This document shows, one piece after another, positions 55,589 through 64,000 of a stretch of DNA of 64,000 nucleotides. This DNA is from an uncultured Caulobacterales bacterium (lineage in GTDB: Bacteria > Pseudomonadota > Alphaproteobacteria > Caulobacterales > Parvularculaceae): NCBI GenBank assembly GCA_964507915.1, contig CAZDRH010000009.1, forward strand, positions 64,011 to 128,010. The letters are read 5' to 3'. Position 1 is the first letter of the stretch; each line of letters starts with the position of its first letter. Below the pieces are notes generated by a model. It was not told the DNA's origin. It was given only the letters and a program-made list of their open reading frames with translations, and ran no database searches. The translations under genes and the position numbers were made by a program.

Positions 55589-56896
55589 TCACGTCGCGTC
55601 CGGGTCGCGCAGACTCTTGAGGTCCGGATAGAGGTCGAGATAGGCCGCGTCGGGCTCGCGGCGCGAAACGCCGAGATTGAGATAGCGCCGCGCGGCTTCG
55701 CGGTCACCGAGCAGGAGCTGCAGCCGCGCGATTTCGATGGCGCTGCCTTTCCCAGATTCGTAGTGACGCAGGCGCACGGCGAGCAGCGCTTTCAGCATCC
55801 CGGTCCGGCCGCCCAAGGCAAGGCCGGCCCGCGCGGCTTCGGCAAGTTCGAGACCGTAGAGATCGTTCTGCAAACGCGCGCGCACAAGACTCTCGCGTAC
55901 AAAAGAGGTGTCGTCGCCTGTCAGGAAAGCGACCTGCGCAAGATAGGACGGCGGCGAGCGGAATTCCGGGGCTTGCGCGGCAAGCTTTTTCAAAATCGCG
56001 ATCGCCTCCCCGGTGCGGCCGAGATAGCTGAGGATGAGGCCGCGATCGGCTTGTAGCGCCAAAGACGCGGGGTCGAGCGCCAGCGCAGCGTCAATCTCAG
56101 TGAGCGCCTCGGTAAGCCGGCCAGTCGCGAGGTAATAGGTCGCACGCCAATGGCGCGCTTGCACATTCTCGGGCTCAATGGCGACCGCGCGCGCAAAGGC
56201 GCTGTCTGCTGTCTTCCGGTCCTGTTCGCCATAATAGCGTGCAAAGCCAAGGGCCGCCCAGGCGCGCGCGCTGCGTTTGTCGCGGGCGATGGCGCGCCGC
56301 GCATAGTCTTCTGCCTTGGCAAAGCCCTCCGCGGCGCCCATCGCCGTGTATTCCGGCAGAATGGCGTAGACGCTGGCAAGCCCGGCAAATCCCTCTGCGG
56401 ATTGCGGCGCGAGGCGTATCACACGCATGAAGCCCTCGACGGCTGCCGCAAGTGACGCCGGCGTGCGCCGGTCGAAATTCTGGTTCGCTGTATCATAGAC
56501 GACTTGCGCTTCGGGCGGGAGCACCAGCGCAGGCGCCGGCCGCAAGAGAACGAATGCCGCCAGCGCCCCAACGACGAGCGCGAACGCTCCGGGCATCCAT
56601 CGCCGCAGAATCGGCCGAATAGACCCTGCGTGATGCGAAGGAGCGTCGGCAATCGGGGCGACTGCTTCGAGCGCAGCAGTCGCAGCCGGCGCCGTGGTGG
56701 CGACATTGGAGTCGAGCCAAGCCTTCAGCTCTGCGACATTAGCGTAGATCCGCGAACGCGCCTCTCCCGGAAGTCTCCGAATGGGCAGCCCCCGTTCATG
56801 CTCCCAACGCATGACCGTGCGAGGGGTCGCATTCAGAAAGGCGGCGACTTCCTTCCACGAGGTCAGCTGCGTCTTTGCCGGCGGCGCTTCGGCCAT
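55589..56896 (-). CDS. membrane-anchored HTH (excisionase/MerR-like) - TPR repeat protein
   Basis: Trimmed to ATG 56896 after AAGGAG. SWKEVAAFLNATPRTVMRWEHERGLPIRR HTH, one TM (GAFALVVGALAAFVLL), then about 7 TPR-like repeats. Confidence 0.7.
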   Translation of the reverse strand: MAEAPPAKTQLTSWKEVAAFLNATPRTVMRWEHERGLPIRRLPGEARSRIYANVAELKAWLDSNVATTAPAATAALEAVAPIADAPSHHAGSIRPILRRWMPGAFALVVGALAAFVLLRPAPALVLPPEAQVVYDTANQNFDRRTPASLAAAVEGFMRVIRLAPQSAEGFAGLASVYAILPEYTAMGAAEGFAKAEDYARRAIARDKRSARAWAALGFARYYGEQDRKTADSAFARAVAIEPENVQARHWRATYYLATGRLTEALTEIDAALALDPASLALQADRGLILSYLGRTGEAIAILKKLAAQAPEFRSPPSYLAQVAFLTGDDTSFVRESLVRARLQNDLYGLELAEAARAGLALGGRTGMLKALLAVRLRHYESGKGSAIEIARLQLLLGDREAARRYLNLGVSRREPDAAYLDLYPDLKSLRDPDAT

Positions 56897-57277
56897 GGCG
56901 AACTCCTTGACCATGCTGATCCTAGGGAACGGTGTGCGGTGCGTCAAAGCGGCAAACGCACACTAAGCCAATGAGATTTCCGGAAGATTTCAACTCGTGT
57001 CGCTTCCCGTCGTCCTGACCTGACCCGGCAAGTCTGCGATGGTGAACGTGCTGGCGACGGCCTCTCCGGGGGCTGGCCGGGGAGAGACCGCCGAGGACGA
57101 GGCCGTTCTGGGGAGACGCGGCCTCGTCTCGGCGCGCTCGCGGGACCTCATCAAAATTCGCTACCGTGCGGACGGCCCGCCGCGGCATTGCACGGCAATG
57201 GGGAAAACGCGTGGGTGCGTGCGCTCTTGCGCCCATGCGATTCGGCTCATTCTGCTCTCGAACCGATCGTTACACAC

Positions 57278-59242
57278 ATGCCCCGCTTCACACCTGATTT
57301 CCTCGACGAGATCAAAGCACGCCTCAAACCCTCAGGCGTGATCGGCCGCTATGTGAAGCTTCGCAAACAAGGCAATGAATGGGCGGGACTTTCGCCCTTC
57401 ACGAAGGAGAAGACGCCGAGCTTTTTCGTGAACGACCAGAAGGGATTCTATCACTGCTTCTCGTCCGGCAAGCATGGAGACGTGATCGGCTTCCTAATGG
57501 AGACGCAGGGCGTCACCTTCCTTGAGGCGGTGACGCGTCTCGCAGAAGAGGCGGGCTTGCAGCTTCCCGCCGATGAACCGGGTGAAGCGGCCCGGGCGCA
57601 GAAGCGCAAGGGCCTTGCCGAAGCCTCGGCCGCTGCTGCGGCCTTTTATCAGCAGACCCTGAAATCAGCCGAAGGCCGCGCGGGCGCCGAGTATCTCAAA
57701 GCGCGGGGCCTCTCCCCGGAACAGGTCGCCGTCTTTCGCCTCGGTTTCGCGCCGGGAAGCCGCATCGCGCTGAAGGATCACCTGCTCTTCAAGGGCTTTG
57801 CCGAAGACGTGCTGATCGAAGCGGGCCTCCTGATCAAGCCTGAGGATGGCGGGCCGTCTTATGACCGATTTCGCGGCCGCGTCATGTTTCCGATCCTCTC
57901 AGCGAATGATCAGGTGATCGCCTTCGGCGGACGCGCGCTCGAGAAGGACGCCAAGCCCAAATATCTGAACTCGCCGGAAACGCCGCTCTTTCACAAAGGC
58001 GATGTCCTCTACAATTTCGGGGCTGCGCGCAAAGCCGCTGCAGAAGCGGGCGAGGCCCTGATCGTCTGCGAAGGCTATATGGATGTGATCGCCCTCTGGG
58101 GCGCAGGCTTCAGAACGGCGGTCGCGCCCCTCGGCACCGCGCTCGGCGAGACGCAGCTGCAACTTCTGTGGCGTCATTCGAGCGAGCCCGCCATGTGCCT
58201 CGACGGCGACAAGGCCGGCGTTGCGGCCGCTTACCGGTCGATCGATCGCGCTTTGCCCTTGCTCGCGCCCGGCAAGTCGCTCTCTTTCGTCTTCCTGCCT
58301 GACAATCAGGACCCGGATGATCTCATCCGCGCGGGCGGCGCCGCCGCGTTCCGGGCGATGCTGCAATCGGCCGAACCCCTGTCGGCCGTGTTGTGGCGGC
58401 GCGAGACGGAAGCCCGTCCGCTCGATACGCCGGAACGTCGCGCGGCGCTCCGGTCCCATCTGCGCGCGCTCGTCAAAGGCATCGCCGACAAGGATGTCCG
58501 CGCAGCCTATGGCGAGGACTTCGCCCGCCGGCTCGCCGAGGCGTTTCCAAAATCTGGCGGCGGGGAGCCGGGGCGGGGCGCAAGGCCGGGGCCGGCTCCG
58601 GCCAATCCTTTTCGCCGTCCAGGGCGCAAGGCGTTCGAGCCCGCCTATGCCGATGTCATGCACGCCGCCCGGCCGACAGCGGCGCTCAAGGCCCGCGCCC
58701 GGCCCAATGAATTCAACCGGGACGCGAGCCTGGTTCTCGCCCTGATCCGCCACCCCGGCCTCTATGAGCGCTGCGAGGCCGAGTTTTCGACCCTCGAACT
58801 TGAAACGCCGCCGCTAAAGTCCCTGCTTGACGCAGCGATTGCGGCCATTCTCGCCAATCCCGCCCTTGACAGCGCGACTCTCCATCGTCATCTCCACTCA
58901 ACCGAGGCGGCGGATACAGTGGAGCGGATTCTCTCTGACGAGACGCTCAATGCACAATCCTTCCTCCGGCCGACGGCTGAGCTTGAAGAGGTAGAACGGG
59001 GCTGGAAAGACGCCCTGCGGCTGAGCCATTACGCCCGCCTTGCGCAGGCCGAAGTGGCGGAGACCGCAGCAGCGAGCCTCACGCTTGGCGACAGTCCATG
59101 GAAGGCGGCGGTTAAACATCGAGAAGAGCAAGCCTATTCGGGCGAGCAAAAAGGCTCCCCGGAAGACAGCGTTTCTCCCAACGAATTTGCGAGCAGTCTT
59201 GAGCGCCTCAAAACGAACATCGATCGAAAAACCCGCCGCTAA
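57278..59242 (+). CDS. dnaG: DNA primase
   Basis: Trimmed to ATG 57278. Zinc ribbon CPFTKEK-type region ([27 protein letters not shown]), [22 protein letters not shown]. Confidence 0.92.
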   Translation: MPRFTPDFLDEIKARLKPSGVIGRYVKLRKQGNEWAGLSPFTKEKTPSFFVNDQKGFYHCFSSGKHGDVIGFLMETQGVTFLEAVTRLAEEAGLQLPADEPGEAARAQKRKGLAEASAAAAAFYQQTLKSAEGRAGAEYLKARGLSPEQVAVFRLGFAPGSRIALKDHLLFKGFAEDVLIEAGLLIKPEDGGPSYDRFRGRVMFPILSANDQVIAFGGRALEKDAKPKYLNSPETPLFHKGDVLYNFGAARKAAAEAGEALIVCEGYMDVIALWGAGFRTAVAPLGTALGETQLQLLWRHSSEPAMCLDGDKAGVAAAYRSIDRALPLLAPGKSLSFVFLPDNQDPDDLIRAGGAAAFRAMLQSAEPLSAVLWRRETEARPLDTPERRAALRSHLRALVKGIADKDVRAAYGEDFARRLAEAFPKSGGGEPGRGARPGPAPANPFRRPGRKAFEPAYADVMHAARPTAALKARARPNEFNRDASLVLALIRHPGLYERCEAEFSTLELETPPLKSLLDAAIAAILANPALDSATLHRHLHSTEAADTVERILSDETLNAQSFLRPTAELEEVERGWKDALRLSHYARLAQAEVAETAAASLTLGDSPWKAAVKHREEQAYSGEQKGSPEDSVSPNEFASSLERLKTNIDRKTRR

Positions 59243-59276
59243 GGACGATGCGCGGCGAACGGCAGGAACGACCAGC

Positions 59277-61268
59277 ATGACGAAAAAAGCGGCTGCGGTG
59301 AAGGAAAAGGATCAGCCTGCGGAGGCCGAGCCGCAGCAGGACGGTCCGATCATCGACCTCAACGACGCCAAGGTCAAAAAGCTGATCGCCCGCGCGCAGT
59401 CGCGCGGCTACGTGACCTACGAGGAACTGAACGCAATCCTGCCGTCGGAAGAGTTCACGACCGACCAGATCGAAGACCTGATGGCGCAGCTCTCCGAGCG
59501 CGGCATCAATGTCGTCGAACACGAGGAAGAAGAAGAGGCCGAAGAACCGGCGGCCGAAGCCGAACTCGACGAGGAAGAAACAACCGGCCGCGCCGTTGCG
59601 CCGAAGCAGGAAAAAGCGGTCGCGACGAATTCGCCGTCGAGCTCCGACCGCACCGACGATCCTGTGCGCATGTATCTGCGCGAGATGGGCTCGGTCGAAC
59701 TCCTGTCGCGCGAGGGCGAGATCGCGATCGCCAAGCGCATCGAGGCCGGGCGCGAGACCATGATCCGCGCGCTCTGCGAATCCTCGCTGACCTTTGAAGC
59801 GATCACGGTCTGGCGCGACGAACTGAAAGAAGGCCGCGTTCTTCTGCGCGACATCATCGACCTCGACGCCACCTATGGCGGCGGTCCGGAGTCGCGCCCC
59901 GATATGACGCAGCCCGAAGTCGCCGAACGCGTGAACCGCGAGGCGGCCGAAAAGCTCGAAGCCGGCGTCGATGAAGAGGAAGAAGACTTCGACGAGGGCG
60001 CGATCTCGCTCTCGGCGATGGAGGCCGAACTCCGCGACGGCGTGATGACGACCTTCGACGAGATCTCTGCCGACTACAAAAAGCTCCGCAAGCTCCAGGA
60101 CACGATGATCGAGGAGCAGCTGAAAGGCGCTGACCTCTCGACCTCGCAGGAGCGCCGACTCAAGAAGCTGCAGAAAGAGATTGTCGAGCGCGTCCGTTCC
60201 GTGCGGCTCAACAATCAGCGCATCGAAGCCCTCGTCGAGCAGCTTTACGACATCAACCGGCGCCTGATGGGCCTTGAAGGCAAGCTTGTCCGCATCGCGG
60301 ACCAGCACGGCGTCAACCGTCGCGAGTTTCTCGCCGAATATCTCGGCTCCGAACTTGACCCCGAATGGCTCGACCGCATCCGCGCCAAAAAGGGCAAGGG
60401 CTGGCAGAATTTCGTCACCAAAGCGCAGCCGCAGATCACGCAGATCCGCGATGAAGTCGGCCAGCTCGCCGCCGAGACGGGCCTCACCGTCGAAAACTTC
60501 CGCCGCATCGTGCAGACGGTGCAGAAAGGCGAGCGCGAAGCGCGCATCGCCAAGAAGGAAATGGTCGAGGCCAATCTGCGTCTCGTCATCTCGATCGCGA
60601 AGAAATACACGAACCGCGGCCTGCAATTCCTCGACCTCATCCAGGAGGGGAATATCGGCCTCATGAAAGCGGTCGATAAGTTCGAATACCGCCGCGGCTA
60701 CAAGTTCTCGACCTATGCGACATGGTGGATCCGGCAGGCGATCACGCGTTCGATCGCCGACCAGGCGCGCACCATCCGCATTCCGGTGCACATGATCGAA
60801 ACGATCAACAAGATCGTCCGCACCTCGCGCCAGATGCTGCATGAAATTGGCCGCGAGCCGACGCCGGAAGAGCTCGCCGAAAAGCTCTCCATGCCGCTCG
60901 AAAAGGTCCGCAAGGTGATGAAAATCGCCAAGGAGCCGATCTCTCTCGAAACGCCGATCGGCGATGAGGAGGACAGCCACCTTGGCGACTTCATCGAGGA
61001 CAAGAACACGGTCCTGCCGATCGACGCGGCGATCCAGTCGAACCTGCGTGAGACGACGACACGCGTCCTTGCCTCGCTGACGCCGCGTGAAGAGCGCGTG
61101 CTGCGCATGCGCTTCGGCATCGGCATGAACACGGACCACACGCTGGAAGAGGTCGGCCAGCAATTCTCGGTGACCCGCGAACGCATCCGCCAGATTGAGG
61201 CCAAAGCCCTCCGCAAGCTTAAGCATCCGAGCCGGTCACGGAAGCTGCGGAGCTTCCTCGACAATTGA
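59277..61268 (+). CDS. rpoD: RNA polymerase primary sigma factor
   Basis: Trimmed to ATG 59277. Acidic region 1.1 linker, [11 protein letters not shown], region 2 [41 protein letters not shown], region 4 [27 protein letters not shown]. Confidence 0.95.
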   Translation: MTKKAAAVKEKDQPAEAEPQQDGPIIDLNDAKVKKLIARAQSRGYVTYEELNAILPSEEFTTDQIEDLMAQLSERGINVVEHEEEEEAEEPAAEAELDEEETTGRAVAPKQEKAVATNSPSSSDRTDDPVRMYLREMGSVELLSREGEIAIAKRIEAGRETMIRALCESSLTFEAITVWRDELKEGRVLLRDIIDLDATYGGGPESRPDMTQPEVAERVNREAAEKLEAGVDEEEEDFDEGAISLSAMEAELRDGVMTTFDEISADYKKLRKLQDTMIEEQLKGADLSTSQERRLKKLQKEIVERVRSVRLNNQRIEALVEQLYDINRRLMGLEGKLVRIADQHGVNRREFLAEYLGSELDPEWLDRIRAKKGKGWQNFVTKAQPQITQIRDEVGQLAAETGLTVENFRRIVQTVQKGEREARIAKKEMVEANLRLVISIAKKYTNRGLQFLDLIQEGNIGLMKAVDKFEYRRGYKFSTYATWWIRQAITRSIADQARTIRIPVHMIETINKIVRTSRQMLHEIGREPTPEELAEKLSMPLEKVRKVMKIAKEPISLETPIGDEEDSHLGDFIEDKNTVLPIDAAIQSNLRETTTRVLASLTPREERVLRMRFGIGMNTDHTLEEVGQQFSVTRERIRQIEAKALRKLKHPSRSRKLRSFLDN

Positions 61269-61372
61269 TCCGTATCGGGTGCGACCCTGGGGTGGCCCTT
61301 CCTGCGCGCGATCTTCTATTAACTTCCCGTAGGATGCGGTAAGACCTCCCTCTACAGGGGAGCTTGCCGCCC

Positions 61373-63037
61373 ATGCCGGATGTGTTTGTTTCCTATAACC
61401 GCCAGGACCAGGAAACGGCCCAGCGGATCGCCTCGGCGTTGAAAGACGAAGGTCTCGACGTCTGGTGGGACGCCGCGCTCCGGGCGGGCGAGGCCTATGA
61501 CGAGGTGACGGAGCGCAATCTGCGCGACGCCGGCGCCGTCGTCGTGCTGTGGTCACCGCGCTCGGTGAACTCGAAATGGGTGCGGGCCGAGGCGACCGTC
61601 GGCGAGCGGAGCACGACTCTTGTTCCGGCGCTGATAGAAGATTGCGACCGTCCGCTGCGTTTTGAACTTGTTCAGACGGCGGATCTTCGCCATTGGCGCG
61701 GCGATCGCAGCGATTCGTCTTGGCGCCTCTTCGTGCTCGATATCAAGGAGGCCGTCGCCAAGCGGCGAGCGGCCCCCCCGGCGGCCTCAGGCGCGGCGGC
61801 CTCAGACGCCAGCATCGAGACAGCATTCTGGACGTCGATCAAAGACTCCCGCGATGCCGCCGAGTTCGAGGCCTATCTCGGGCGTTACCCGAAGGGCCAT
61901 TTTGCGGACCTTGCGAAATCGCGCCTCGCCAATCTCGCGCGGTCGCCGAAAGGCGATGGGGCGCCGCAGAACCGGCCGGCGGCGCCGCACGCTGAAGCAT
62001 CGCGGCCGCGCCCGGCGGCCCAGCCTGCTGCTCGGCCGCGCGAAAGCGCGGGAGGCGTCAATCCTTTCATGGCGGGCGCCGCGCTCATCGCGGTCGCGGC
62101 CTTTGTCGGCGGCATGTTCTTCCTCATGAACCGCAAGCCGGCCGAAAGCGCCGCCGCGGCAGAGCCAGTTGAAAAGGCGGCGACGTCCGAACCGGCATCC
62201 CCGCCGCCGGTCGAGGTCGCGTCCGCAAAGCTTCCGCCGGCGCCCGAGCCGCCTGCGGCCCTCCCGGACAAGCAGGCAGAGCCCGCATCGACGCCTGCCG
62301 AACGTCCAGTAAGCGCGCCGCCGCCGACGCCGGCGCCACAAACGGACCCTACGTATACGGATTGCAGCGATTGCCCCACGATGCGGCGCCTTCCGGGCGG
62401 CGTGTTCAAGATGGGCTCGCCGCCGGAAGAGCGGGGCCGCAATCCCTGGGAAGGGCCCCAGCACGAAGTGACGATTGCGCCGTTTGCGATCGCGGCGTCG
62501 GAGACGACCGAAGCGCAATGGGCGGCCTGCGTCGCCGACCGCGCCTGCACGGCGAAGCGATCGAATGGCGGGCCGGATCTGCCCGTGCTCGGCGTCAATT
62601 GGCGCGACGCGAATGCATACGCGGCCTGGCTCTCCAAGAAGACGGGGAAAACCTACCGCCTCCCGACCGAGGCCGAATGGGAATATGCCGCGCGCGGCGG
62701 GACTGAGACCGCCTATCCCTATGGCGCGCGCTTTGTCGCCTCAAACAGCGCGCGCGGCGGCCCGAGGCCGGCGGGCTCGGTCAAGGCCAACGGCTTCGGC
62801 CTCTTCAACATGAGCGGCAATGCCCGCGAATGGGTCGAGGATTGTTACGTCAATAACTTTACGGCGACGCCGACGGACGGCTCGGCCAACCGCAGCGGCG
62901 ACTGCGCCATGCGCGTCATCCGCGATGGGACATGGTCCGCTGGCGCGGCCGATCTGCGCGTCGCCAATCGCGGCAGACTGCCGAAGAACACGTCGGCGAG
63001 CTATGTCGGCTTTCGGGTCGCGGGGCCGCCACGCTAA
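61373..63037 (+). CDS. TIR domain - TM - FGE/sulfatase-modifying-factor-like domain protein
   Basis: ATG 61373 after AGGGGAG. N-terminal TIR (DVFVSYNRQD, VVVLWSPRSVNSKWVRAE with Trp/Glu). TM FMAGAALIAVAAFVGGMFFLM, Pro-rich linker. C-terminal FGE-sulfatase motifs (RLPTEAEWEYAARGG, SGNAREWVED, VIRDGTW, GFRVA). Confidence 0.85.
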   Translation: MPDVFVSYNRQDQETAQRIASALKDEGLDVWWDAALRAGEAYDEVTERNLRDAGAVVVLWSPRSVNSKWVRAEATVGERSTTLVPALIEDCDRPLRFELVQTADLRHWRGDRSDSSWRLFVLDIKEAVAKRRAAPPAASGAAASDASIETAFWTSIKDSRDAAEFEAYLGRYPKGHFADLAKSRLANLARSPKGDGAPQNRPAAPHAEASRPRPAAQPAARPRESAGGVNPFMAGAALIAVAAFVGGMFFLMNRKPAESAAAAEPVEKAATSEPASPPPVEVASAKLPPAPEPPAALPDKQAEPASTPAERPVSAPPPTPAPQTDPTYTDCSDCPTMRRLPGGVFKMGSPPEERGRNPWEGPQHEVTIAPFAIAASETTEAQWAACVADRACTAKRSNGGPDLPVLGVNWRDANAYAAWLSKKTGKTYRLPTEAEWEYAARGGTETAYPYGARFVASNSARGGPRPAGSVKANGFGLFNMSGNAREWVEDCYVNNFTATPTDGSANRSGDCAMRVIRDGTWSAGAADLRVANRGRLPKNTSASYVGFRVAGPPR

Positions 63038-64000
63038 AACTTGCTACTTAGCTGGGCCCAAGTCTTGGGTGAGTCCATTCGCAAATTGAGTCTGGCGCAG
63101 AGAAGCTCTTTATGTTTGTTCGGAAGTGTTCTTGTATCGCGCCACGTTCCACGTCTATTCTATGCGAAAGTAACATCTGCTTGAGCAGAGGGAGTCTATT
63201 GCCGCATGAACTCAAGCGCTCAACCGAAATCTTCCAAGAAACCCGACGAAAGTGACGCAACTGCATCAGGGAAAGGAGTAGGCGTTCATGATCCTAGTTT
63301 CATCGATGAAAAATCATATTGCGGCAAATCTTCAAAAGACGAATCCAATGACAAGGAATTAAATGAGTTTTTATTGCGAAGATTTGATATTTGGCGCGAT
63401 TACATAAAACATGAAGACAACTTAATTAATAATCGCGTGACATGGTTTGTAGCATTCCAATCCTTTCTAATAGCGACATATGGCATCATTTTCTCTAACA
63501 CGCTAAGGGTTTTGGCGGGCGATCATAATCTAACGCAGGATGGTTATATTGCATTTGTGCTCACTGCGTACTGTATTTTGTTGATGATCAATATTGCGGG
63601 ATTGGGGACGGCACACTCTACCTACGTTTCTGTCATGGCGGCGTCAAATGCCATCCGGCAGCTGGCGCTTGACTGGAGCCGATTTCTTGCGCTCTTTAAC
63701 AATAAATTTGGTCCTGCTGGCATCAATTTGAATGCCGATATGCTAAAATCGAGATATTGGTTAATCCCGGGCATAACCGGCGGAGGTGCAGAAACAAACG
63801 TGAAGCTAGGTTTTAGATTGGCGGCAAATCTACCGAGGTTCATGCATAATTTATGGTATTTCTTGTTATTACCGCCATTGTTGATGTTCTTTATTAGGGC
63901 TGGAGGTCATGAAAGCATAGTGGATTTAGCGCGCGAGTGTATTTCATCCTTTCTTTTTGGAATCGGCTTGAAATATTAATGAGCGCGAAAAGGAAGTGAT
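63038..64000. other. abrupt low-GC segment (about 40% versus about 67% upstream), probably the edge of horizontally acquired DNA; continues beyond the window
   Basis: Composition changes within a few bases of the TIR gene stop (63035-63037). AT-rich codons run throughout 63206-63979. Confidence 0.7.
63206..63979 (+). CDS. hypothetical multi-pass membrane protein (257 aa), AT-rich
   Basis: Only long ORF in the low-GC segment. Disordered Lys/Ser/Asp-rich N-terminus, amphipathic LRRFDIWRDYIKHEDNLINNR, then TM segments VTWFVAFQSFLIATYGIIF, GYIAFVLTAYCILLMINIAGLG, LWYFLLLPPLLMFFI. No family recognised. Confidence 0.6.
   Translation: MNSSAQPKSSKKPDESDATASGKGVGVHDPSFIDEKSYCGKSSKDESNDKELNEFLLRRFDIWRDYIKHEDNLINNRVTWFVAFQSFLIATYGIIFSNTLRVLAGDHNLTQDGYIAFVLTAYCILLMINIAGLGTAHSTYVSVMAASNAIRQLALDWSRFLALFNNKFGPAGINLNADMLKSRYWLIPGITGGGAETNVKLGFRLAANLPRFMHNLWYFLLLPPLLMFFIRAGGHESIVDLARECISSFLFGIGLKY

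Noticed and set aside
57062-57128. Two GC-rich hairpins upstream of dnaG as terminators or attenuators.
   Set aside because: The stems are real (for example GACGAGGCCG/CGGCCTCGTC at 57096-57128), but there is no U-run on either strand and no recognisable leader peptide. Evidence for a regulatory call is insufficient.
61373-63979. TIR protein plus downstream TM protein as a Thoeris (ThsB/ThsA) system.
   Set aside because: The downstream protein shows no SIR2, Macro or SLOG domain. The two genes differ by about 25 percentage points in GC, so they were probably not inherited together. The juxtaposition is kept only as a lead.
1-64000. Search for IS elements, integrases, prophage genes, rRNA/tRNA genes or cas genes.
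   Set aside because: No translation in any frame showed transposase (DDE), tyrosine or serine recombinase, phage structural or Cas motifs. No tRNA cloverleaf or rRNA-like segment was recognised.

Overview
GC-rich (roughly 65-68% by eye) chromosomal segment. Gene content, gene order (carA ... yqeY-dnaG-rpoD) and intergenic repeat types look like an alphaproteobacterium, probably Hyphomicrobiales/Rhizobiales-like; that assignment is inference only. I can support about 60 protein-coding genes and saw no rRNA, tRNA, CRISPR array, transposase or integrase. Most genes are housekeeping or general metabolism: lpdA, prfC, metG, carA, dnaG, rpoD, cobT, bpt, an arginine succinyltransferase (ast) cluster, an hpnN/hpnM-like hopanoid transport pair, and several hydrolases and SDRs. 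Many track ORFs carry false N-terminal extensions, or are antisense shadows typical of high-GC DNA; I trimmed starts where an internal start with an RBS and a family-typical N-terminus was visible. Items worth a second look: (1) a membrane-spanning TIR-TM-FGE/sulfatase-modifying-factor-like protein (61373-63037), followed immediately by an abrupt drop to about 40% GC that encodes an unclassifiable multi-pass membrane protein and runs off the window; (2) a lower-GC MNT/HepT (HEPN) toxin-antitoxin pair inserted between astD and astB with overlapping stop/start codons; (3) an M20 hydrolase translationally coupled to astA in a cluster with no astE or astC; (4) an ArsM-like methyltransferase next to a radical-SAM ArsS-like gene; (5) a structured leader with a clean intrinsic terminator 43 nt upstream of a MATE efflux gene; (6) a DhlA-like haloalkane dehalogenase; (7) three families of nested palindromic intergenic repeats. 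Nothing here can be called a new system from sequence alone. The TIR/AT-rich junction is the best lead, but it is truncated by the window edge.
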